64,000 bases of DNA from Paecilomyces variotii (Eukaryota): NCBI GenBank assembly GCA_004022145.1, contig RCNU01000001.1; one strand, given 5' to 3'. A model generated the notes under the pieces. It was not told where the DNA came from. It worked only from the letters and a program-made list of their open reading frames with translations, and ran no database searches. Position numbers and translations under genes: made by a program. Of this stretch, positions 28,345-37,461 are shown in pieces. Positions within the stretch are counted from its first letter, which is position 1. Each line of letters begins with the position of its first letter.

Positions 28345-29428
28345 CTATATCTTTGCCCTTTTTCTTTTGAGTGGACGAGAAACCAATGCGCGCAATGATT
28401 CGTCATCCGGTGCCTCTTCATTGCCTCTGGAGACCATCGGGTCGACTGTATGGAGGTTACCGTATCGACTCTTGCACGCAAGCTCCCACACAACAAATTC
28501 CGAATTCGGTATGAATTTCTTGGGCTTCCCCACGTATTCAACACTCTCTAGATCTACGATGAAACTAGTGGTTCCCATCAGCAATAGCGTCATGAGTATA
28601 AATCAAACTAGAAGGATTTACCATCTTTTTGTCTCATCATCCCATATTAGGTTGTGTCTACCGCGATCCATGTGGCGATATCCAAGAGAATAGAACTCCC
28701 TGTGAGAAAGCTTCAGCAGACATTCAGATAGAACATGTAAAGCATGAAGGCTTTTCTTACCGTATAGCCCTTGCAGCGGCTATCCTGACTTCATCTCGCT
28801 CCTTCAGCGTGAAGGTGTGGAAATTATTCAGATTCCGACCCGGTACCTTCTCCATTAAGATAAACGCAATATATCCACCCGGGACATATTGATCCTTTGT
28901 CTGTGTTGATATGCGATAGTCTAGCAGTTTAGGAGTGCAACTGCAGCCTTTCTCTGTGAGCTGCTCAAGGAAATCAATCTCATTGTCTGCCATCCAACTG
29001 ATTTCATCCTTTGCGAATTTAGAGTGCTCTCTGTCATCATCATCTTCGTCATTGCTGGTGTCAGGAGGGATCCTAAGCCAGGAACAGATCAGTTCATTCG
29101 GTCCTTATGTCGATCTCGAGAAGAGTGATGCGAGAATGGAGAACAGATGGAATACTACTCACTGCATTCGTACTCTCAATATCGCCTCCGAACTTTTCGA
29201 TGGGCCTTCTGTCTGAACAGCAATACAAATCCCGGAGGCTTCGTAAAGGTCGTGCTCTCCGGTGTCCCTGGCATCAAAAACTCTCTCGGTCAAGATCTGC
29301 TCAATCTTCCATTCAGTCTTCGTTTTGGGAAAATATATTCGGTAACTGCTTTCGCCTGTTTCGTCTTTACTCTCTGTGAGAATGTCCAACCAGTCTGATT
29401 TTCTCGTGAGACCCAAGTCTTCCGCCAT
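28345..29428 (-). CDS. Atypical fungal protein-kinase-like (PKL fold) protein, 4 exons, 291 aa
   Basis: Exons 29428-29163, 29072-28761, 28699-28622 and 28564-28345 (all GT..AG; 876 nt, in frame). Motifs AILRVRMQIPP, E-I-D-F-L helix, CTPKLL, VPGGYIAFILMEKVPG (hinge), HMDRGRHNLIW (HxDxxxxN catalytic loop), CFIVDLE (DFG equivalent). Confidence 0.8.
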
Positions 29429-30663
29429 CGTGCATTTATTTATGCTCAGGCGAGGTCACAGAGAGGGTGAGGCCAGGTATAAGCATAAGGCTTCTACACT
29501 GGCAGAAGTTGCAGTGATAAAAAGTCGGAATGAGAAAAAGAGTGGTATGCTATGAGACTGTGTGCTCAGAAAAGAAGTTGGTGTTCCTCCGTCAAGTGAG
29601 GTGTATGTATGTAGGTAGGTACTCTTTGTTCCAGGACCACACTTTAAGTGGGTCCAGCCGCACACTAATATAGGACCTTTCCACCAATTGCATTAGATCC
29701 TCAAAACACGACAAGGTATCAACTTGTAGGTGATGATACAACTCCATGGACCCATGCTTCCCGGCAATTTATCTTGTTCTTTCAGATGTTCAACCCGTTT
29801 TACTGTCATTCTCTTTATCTGTCCTTTATCTCGCCGAACTAAGACGAGACGACCCGCACGGAAATATGTAGCCTGTTTGGAGGACCAAATTTGCCGCAAG
29901 AACAAAAAACAATATCCAATATAGATAAATATAAGTCACACAGATAGTGGGTCAGGTGGGTCAGTAGTCAATTTACTGTGTAGCTATTTGCCATAGATTC
30001 TGTAACATGCTATAGTGTCAGGGCTTACAGCTTTAATGGAGGCGAGCTGCAAAACGCCACCACTACCCTATACAAAGGGTATAGAACAAACAACATGAAG
30101 CCACCAATTTCCACCAATATAGGATCAAAGCAGACACGCTGGAATTTGGAAACGTTCAGGAATAGTGGTGGAGGCAGTGCTCTAGGCAGCAAGCAATTAG
30201 GGGGGAGTCTGTGGGCGTAAAGAGTCGATACATTTTGGTACCCTCTAGTTGTCCAAGCAATTAAGCTCTTATTCCCGTATCAAACACCATTGCAATATCT
30301 TTGTTTCTGTGGTCTTAAATCTTTACACATATGATCTAGCAGTTGAGTTTGTCAACATATGAAAAGTTAGGAGATATCAGTTCTGCCATATAGCCCAATG
30401 ATTATTTCATTCTTGCGCCATGTTAAGACCCAGTAATAATGCAACCTCCCGGCATCTAACAGCTGTAGCGAAAGAAAGTTGCGACGTGTCTCTATTACGT
30501 AGATAAAGGATACGGGAATTACCAGCTGCCGCCCCTTTGAACAAACTACAAACAAAAGAGATATTCTGCATGCGGCATACGACGAGACAAAATGCTGGAG
30601 CTCTTTGTACATCTTAGAATGGAACCAATGATATGTTTCCATACCTTCACAACATCGAGGACT

Positions 30664-30727
30664 TGAGATATTGATGAATATGGGAATCGTATCACCACTA
30701 GAATATTACAGCAAGAGCGGGCCAGGA
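30664..30727. repeat. Partial tandem copy (~64 bp) of the adjacent duplicated segment
   Basis: tgagatattgatgaatatgggaatcgtatcaccactagaatattacagcaagagcgggccagga resembles 30800-30852 and the reverse complement of ~37195-37264. Confidence 0.85.
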
Positions 30728-30728
30728 A

Positions 30729-30914
30729 ACAGACCCCGCAAGCCAGGATCATGGAGTCACTCTAGAAACGAAAGTGAATAAGTTGCGGAGAAAGTGATCT
30801 GAGATATCGATGAATATGGGAAGCATATCACCAGTGGACTATTACAGCAAGAGGAGCTCGGGATGACTTCACAATCCTTGCGGCAAGCCTATGATGTACG
30901 GAACTTCAGCTTCT
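30729..30914. repeat. Inverted copy of 37141-37335 (arf6/ccg-9 intergenic DNA)
   Basis: Aligns by eye to the reverse complement of 37141-37335, with exact blocks caggatcatggagtcactctagaaacgaa (29 bp) and agttgcggagaaagtgatctgagatatcgatg (32 bp), plus a few substitutions and short indels. Confidence 0.95.
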
Positions 30915-31135
30915 ATTTGTAGACACAATGCCATTTCTTTGTAACCGGATATCCGTGGTAGTTATAAATCAATGTTATAACTCATTAGAGCTGGCCTCCA
31001 TGGGAACTTTCGCATCACACTAAAAAGTTATTCATGCTGATAAAAACCACTTCTAGCTGCACCGCAATATCTTCTTCTCATCTTGGTCTTCTCTTCTCTG
31101 AAACTGTTCATATACAGACGTATTCGACTGACACC

Positions 31136-32520
31136 ATGGTCACCACACGGTCGATGGAAAAGGCTAAAAGCAACAGCGGCCAGAAGACGAAAAGCAACAG
31201 CGGCCAAAAGACGAAAAGCAACAGCGGCCAAAAGACGAAAAGCAACAGCGGCCGAAAGACGAAGAGGCGTCAACAAACACAGACACCGAATGTGGCCTTC
31301 TTTAAGGCACGAGACATAGTCATGTCCTCCTTCCCGGAATGCCTGACAAACGAGCAACATCATGTGCGATCAAGCGCTATACATCGCCTAAAGTACGCTC
31401 GGGAATTGGTGCATTGGGTTGACTTTCAGGAGGACGTGCGTCGGACATTTGACTCGATATCTTGGGATGACTATCAGAGACCCCTCGACGTCAAGTTCCA
31501 TGAAACCACAGGGAATGAAAATGTATTGAGGGAAGAGCATTTCATGTCAGGTAATGAACTCTCGACAAACTCGAGATATGTGCAGCACGTCCTGCACGTT
31601 ATGTCGGCAATAGCAAAAGAGATAGGCATCGGTGTGTTCTTCGGAGATTGGGATGCAACAGATGCCCGTCAGGCATCGAAGAAAGCGAAGGAGGAAGCGG
31701 AGGGGAAAGGGAAGAAAGGGGGGAAAAAGGGGGGGGGAAAGGGAAAAGGAGAGGCTCAAAGTGCTGAAAGCAGCAAGGCACAGAAATCCGAATCGACCGA
31801 AGTGAACAAAGACATGGATCTCCAACCCGATTTCGCCCTTATGGATTCCGAGTTTGTCCCCCGCGCAGTGGGTGAGGGTAAAACCCCCTTCAGTCAGCAT
31901 CAATTCTCGAGGGACGTCAGTGATGCTATCGATGGGCGTGATGATTCTCTACTTAGGAACATTCTTGGTAAGTAGCCCAGATTGACCAGGATTTACACTT
32001 AGTATCTGCCGTTTTAATCTGCAGCATCTACCTACCTAGTCATTGAGCAACCCACCCACCCCCCTAATGTGATATTCGAGCTGATAAGCGAATAGGCCAA
32101 CCCGCACGGTACATGCGCGCTTTCGATCTCAAATACGGATTCATAATGAATTACAAAGACACAATATTCCTTCGGCAGGAGTTTGTGGCGGGGTCCTGGA
32201 AGCTCATGTATTCAGACGTGATTCCTCATGACCAGGTATCAACAATAGAGCCTGTCAAAGTATCTGTCAGGGAGGCAATGCTCTTCCTGCAGGCAGTAGC
32301 TGCTGGTGACAAGACAGATTGGACCAGCTACAACACTACGCCGCCGGAAGAGTGGGTTAAAGACCTCAAACCAGGAAAGAAAAGGAAGAGGGACTCAAAA
32401 GTTGTTGGAGGTGATAGAGGTGAAGCGGAAGGGGAAGAAAGGAATAGCCACAATGATGAGGACGCTGGTAATGACGAACCAGGTCCGTCAAGAAAAAAGA
32501 AACGAGTGTCCTTCGAGTGA
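31136..32520 (+). CDS. Fungal PD-(D/E)xK (restriction-endonuclease fold) nuclease-like protein, 2 exons, 418 aa
   Basis: Exons 31136-31967 and 32096-32520 (intron GTAAGT..CTGAT..TAG). Motifs GNE, QPDFALM, VGEGKTP (PD..ExK), LGQPARYM (QxxxY), KYGFIMNYKDTIFLRQ. Basic C-terminal tail. Confidence 0.75.
31166..31261 (+). repeat. Coding minisatellite, 4 x 24 bp (KSNSGQKT x4)
   Basis: Unit aaaagcaacagcggccaaaagacg starting at 31166, 31190, 31214 and 31238, with single-base variants. Confidence 0.95.
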
Positions 32521-33340
32521 GAGTAGCCTTACCTGAGGATTTCCGAAAGTGCTTTTCTTTTCTTTCTTTTGCATTTGACAAATTCTCTCTCAAAGGTTTA
32601 GTTGTGCGTGTTCGGGTCCCCATGTTGCCATGCTCATCTTTACAGTCCATACTTAGATAACGTCCTAGTAAACACTACCAAAAAATGAATCGTACCAAGT
32701 TCTGCCATGCTCAGAAAAATGCCAGTCTCTTCTCCTTTTGCCTAATAGATTAAGATTATTTTCTCAACCCGTAACGTCAACTCTTTAATAAGCTATGTTA
32801 GAGGTCCAGGTAGAGTCTCGCCAACTAGGAGTTCTCCTTTTTTGGTCGAGTGGCTGAAAGCCGATAAGCTATTTCCAAGTAACTTTCATGAGGCGAAATT
32901 CGGTCCAATATTCCGTCTTGACACACGGTCCGGAAAAGGTCCCGGGCTCGTCCGGCTCTGAATCTCGGAGATGTAAACCGACATTTTAGCCACAGAAGAT
33001 AAACGCGACTCAACATGCCTCCTGTGCAAATTCTCCCAAGTATGGAGGCTCGTCAAGACATACACACCCAAAACAAAGCCGTAAAAGCGTAAAAGTACAA
33101 ATCCTGGATCGGGTCCGTCAGTCTGACGGAATTATCTTCTGACGTTCACGAAAACAACGCCACATTGACCGTCCATTTTAAGCATAAATAGCAGCTGCAT
33201 GGATCTCATCTTCTTTCGTCTCAAAGGTCTCCACTAGGTCTTTTCAATAAATATACGCGGATAGCATCACCCAACCACTCGATATTATACCATTTTCCCT
33301 TCGAATCAAAGAGGAGAATCAGCGACAAATACACATCGCA

Positions 33341-33783
33341 ATGCCTCAGTACAGAGTGGGACAAGAAGTTCGCTACAAACCCGTTGGAGGTAAGACATCG
33401 TTTTCATAGCAATCATATACCTCTCTGTATATACTGATCTGACATTTACATATCAGGCCCCGCCTCCCATACGTCTGAAAGCGTAGGCGTCATCCGAGAG
33501 GTTATCACGGAACCTGGGAATCTCACGAATCGAAATGTCGAAGCTTCGAGACAGAATCCACGATACGAGGTATGTGCTACATTCCCGCTTTGGGGATCCG
33601 CGCGTTTCTCTGGGCTTGAGAAACGAGGATCTCTTTCGCGGGAAAGAAACAAGTCTTCTTCTTTTCTTAAGAAGAAATGCTAATTCAAGGTCCATTCCCG
33701 ACTCTTACATCTTCCAGATCGAAAATATGCACACGCATAAGAGATCCGCGATTAAGGAAGAAAACATCATTGAACCGTGTTAA
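33341..33783 (+). CDS. Small Tudor/SH3-like protein (Hva1/DUF2945-like), 3 exons, 75 aa
   Basis: Exons 33341-33389, 33457-33569 and 33718-33783 give MPQYRVGQEVRYKPVGGPASHTSESVGVIREVITEPGNLTNRNVEASRQNPRYEIENMHTHKRSAIKEENIIEPC. Canonical donors GTAAGA and GTATGT. Family assignment is from recognition of the VG..V.YK / AS...PRYEIEN pattern. Confidence 0.75.
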
Positions 33784-34378
33784 GAAAGGAAGGGTTTCGG
33801 GTCATGGATTGGAAGGCAGTCTGATTAATGGGGCGTTGTGTAAAGGAATAAGGCGCCTGGGTTTAATGTGCTAAGGCTGGACTTCGTTATCAATCGAATA
33901 GCTTGAAGTTTTCACTCACGTCTTTGGTCTCCAATGCTATGGCATAGTAACGGTGGTACTTACACCAAGGCTACGTAAGAGTCTACTATAACTAGTACTA
34001 CTTAGGTAGTACGTAGTAGCTTCATGAAGGCAGCTAAACTCCAAACTCCTCCACCTCTGAATTAGATTATGCGCTAAAGACATCTACTCCGTAGTCTAGT
34101 CGGGATCAAATAAGCGCCGGAGGAACGTGCTCTATATTCTATGGTACGTGGCGCGACGCGTCGATTTTGGCAATCAATTAGTGAGGCTAACTAAACTACC
34201 ATAGACTAGACCTGTGTACTCGAGTCACTGTTTACATTATATCACTATTATCCACGGATAGGAAAAGAAGAAAAATCCATTTTGTCTATCTATCGCAACT
34301 AATCTTTGGTAATTCATCCACTTATTTGTTCGTTAGTCATCTTCCCATCCCGCAGGCTATCTTGCGTTCTGTACCGCG

Positions 34379-34945
34379 ATGCCTCCCAAAACACGTGGTG
34401 GAAGCACCAGAACACGCGGTGGAAGCACCAAAACCAACGCGCCGAAAAAAGGACGCATCACAAAGCGCGCTCCCAATAAACGTACAACCAAACCAGATAC
34501 CGTGATATCGTCTCGACAAGCTAGAGAGCTATCTCCCGAGGAACTCTGCTTCTTGCGGGGTCCAAACGGACCCCCGACCTACGACCATTTAGGTTATGAA
34601 CTCGACTATCACAAGGTCGCTGGCTCATTTTGCCGCCGTGGTCGTCCAGGAACTCAAGCCTATACGGATATGCTAGAGCGGGATGAGCGAGAGAAAAACC
34701 GCAAAGCAGATATCATGGGTGGTCCTGAATGGAACCAGCGGTCGGCTATGACGTTGATGTTATGGACTGACCGTGTTGCGCGAGATCTGGGCATCCCATA
34801 CCATAAGGTGAAGATGGAGCAATTTGAGGAGTGGCATGCCAAGGGGTTCCGCGCAAACGGGGAGGAGTTTATTGCAGCGAATGTGTCGCCAGAAGAGCAG
34901 GATAGGGTGACAGACTTGGCAACAGGGAGTGCATTTAGGAAGTAA
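34379..34945 (+). CDS. Hypothetical protein, 188 aa, basic RGG-containing N-terminus
   Basis: Intronless ATG ORF. MPPK start, duplicated TRGGST, globular-looking C-half (RGPNGPPTYDHLGYELDY; WTDRVARDLGIPYHKV; FEEWHAKGF). Confidence 0.7.
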   Translation: MPPKTRGGSTRTRGGSTKTNAPKKGRITKRAPNKRTTKPDTVISSRQARELSPEELCFLRGPNGPPTYDHLGYELDYHKVAGSFCRRGRPGTQAYTDMLERDEREKNRKADIMGGPEWNQRSAMTLMLWTDRVARDLGIPYHKVKMEQFEEWHAKGFRANGEEFIAANVSPEEQDRVTDLATGSAFRK

Positions 34946-35439
34946 TTATACATTAAGATAGTGAGATCTATCTGATAATCTAGGTAATAACATATCAAGC
35001 GCACCAGTGCGAAAGCTTCGAGAAAGAACATAAGAACAAGACAGAATCAAAGACCAACTCAGACTGAGGGACGCCGATGTAGGTCTTCTATTATGGATAT
35101 TTTATCTAACTAGACGACTTTAGGAACAACCAACATATATTAGGCGATAAATGCGACAAATTGAGGGATACTCATTGCAATCCACATGAAAACAAGAGGG
35201 ATATCATAGAAAGAGAAAGGGAAAATCAGGGGTGGAAGCACATACACATAGGGAAAACTGCGGATACGCGATGAAAGCAAACCAGATGCTGCGTCGTCTG
35301 TCATGAGAACAAACATAATACCAAGGAAATTATTTGCCGAACGGGATTAGTTGTACACGAGGCTGTCTGCAATTATGCCTCTGCGGAAGTGCGCGATGGG
35401 GTTATTAGGCGTTTGTGACCATTCGACTGTAAATATGGT

Positions 35440-36230
35440 CTATTTCGGGGGCTGAGTTTTGACGTTGTTCGAAAGCCAAGCCTGTGGATAATATATAAGT
35501 ATGCCGCATACTTTTGTGGAGGTAGAATACAACTTACCAGGCCCTCGAAGATTCCCGTGCCTTGCGTTGCAACGCTAGGAACCACGTACCACAGCTTGTC
35601 CTTCAGCTTGGTGAGCTGGAGAGCGTTGGTGACATCCTCCGGGCTCATATCTGCGGTAAAGCCATGTTAGCAACGAGAACGTGGCGTGATTTACAGTTCG
35701 AGACGTACGGCCTTCAATATCCTGCTTGTTGGCAAAGACCAGCAACAGTGCATCCTTCATTTCGCGGTCATTGATGATCTTGTGCAGTTCCGAGCGTGCC
35801 TCTTCCATACGAGCGGTGTCGCTCGAGTCAACCACGAAAATAAGACCTTGGGTTCCTGCAACAGACGGATATCGTTAGCATTCGCGTTCCGCCGGCGGCA
35901 CGAATGAGCACAGCGCATACCGGAATAATAGTGTCTCCACAAAGGACGAATCTTGTCCTGACCACCGACATCCCAGACATTGAACTTGACGTTCTTGTAG
36001 GTGACGCTCTCGACGTTGAATCCGACGGTGGGGATGGTGGTTACGTCTTGGTTGAGCTTCAACTTGTAGAGGATTGCTATAGAGATACATTAACAGGCCG
36101 CTCTGTCAGTCGCTCTCGATTCAAAGCACCACCTACTTGTCTTTCCAGCCGCGTCCAGACCCAGCATGAGGATACGCATCTCCTTCGATCCGAAGATCTT
36201 GGCCATCACCTTTGATACTTGGCCACCCAT
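35440..36230 (-). CDS. arf6: ADP-ribosylation factor 6 (ArfB), 5 coding exons
   Basis: MGGQVSK (myristoylation Gly), [46 protein letters not shown] (Arf6-type), FANKQD; ends [16 protein letters not shown]. Confidence 0.95.
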
Positions 36231-36772
36231 TTTGCCTGGTTGCGCCGAAACCCTTGATTAGCGAAATTCGATCAAATAATCGCGAAAAACAATTCTCTGC
36301 CCGTCTGGCATGAAGACATGAAGGCCAATTGGATCTAGTCTATGGCAGATGATCGACCAGATGGCACGAGATTGAAGAAAAAGAAAGCAAACTGCGAGCT
36401 CTAGCGAGATTGACAAACTTGCCATGGCCCGCAGGACGCGCGACCATACTACTTACCCAAATACTCGACACAAGCTCCACTCCAAAGGTTTCCAGCTAGA
36501 AAAAGCACGAAAGGGCGCACGGCAATGACCTGCGACTCTGGTGCGAAGTGACTTGGCGAAAGGGAAGCCTCAGATCAGCTCCAGGTACTCGAGATGAGAG
36601 AGAGAAAGGCCGTGGAAAGCTCCCCAGACCATCGCGTTCGCAAGCCAGGGGAACAGCGGGGGCAGGTAAAAGGGGCTCCTGCTGACTAAGGCCCCGCGCG
36701 CTCACGCCAAGACGACAGCAGGTTTCAGTTGTCGATACAGCGATAATTCTAATTACAGCCAACATAAGTTAC

Positions 36773-36840
36773 TGTTGTTGTTGTTGTTGTTGTTATTATT
36801 ATTATTATGATTACGACTGTTATTATTCTATTATTATCAT
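36773..36840. repeat. Compound (GTT)n/(ATT)n microsatellite
   Basis: tgttgttgttgttgttgttgttattattattattatg... Confidence 0.85.
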
Positions 36841-37461
36841 CTTGCCTCGAGTAACTATCAGCTGTTCAGGGGAAATTTCATCTCCCTGTCACCTCATCCT
36901 TGCATCGTGAAACATCTCCCATCAGGCGCTCCCGGCGGGACGGACCATTGACCAACTCCACGTTGAACCAAGACCAAGACCCTTGTTGGCCTTATCGCGG
37001 CCTCACCTCTGCTGCTTCCGTATGCACGCACCGGCTGGCTTCATCCACGCTGGTCACGCGGATGAGGAAGAAAATAATGTCGACCTGTTTCCGTCGTATA
37101 ACTTATGCATCCTCAACTTGTTTGTTCCAGTGTTCGATGGAGAACTGGTTGGTTCTGTACGTCATAGGCGCAAGGATCGTGAAGTCATCCCGAGCTCCCG
37201 GCCCGATCTTGCTGTAATATTCAAGTGGTGATATGCTTCTCATTATTATCCATCGATATCTCAGATCACTTTCTCCGCAACTCATTCACCTTCGTTTCTA
37301 GAGTGACTCCATGATCCTGCGCGTGCGGGGTCTGTCGTACTTTATAATCAATTGAGCCTCTGCGCGTCAACCCGTGGGTACAAGAATACAGATAGTACAG
37401 TACATAGATCAACCCCGCACCAGACGAAGCAGAAGACAAAGCAGAAGACACATTAGCCATC

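Noticed and set aside
30729..30914. RIP mutation of the duplicated segment
   Set aside because: Only about 5 of ~11 substitutions are G>A or C>T, in mixed contexts, and two go the other way. The repeat is also short. Not enough to call RIP.
32840..32900. A-box-like TGGTCGAGTGG resembling a tRNA D-arm
   Set aside because: No matching T-loop/B-box or cloverleaf downstream.
27203..35439. Transposon or Starship as carrier of the accessory island
   Set aside because: No transposase, tyrosine recombinase, reverse transcriptase, terminal repeats or target-site duplication could be identified.
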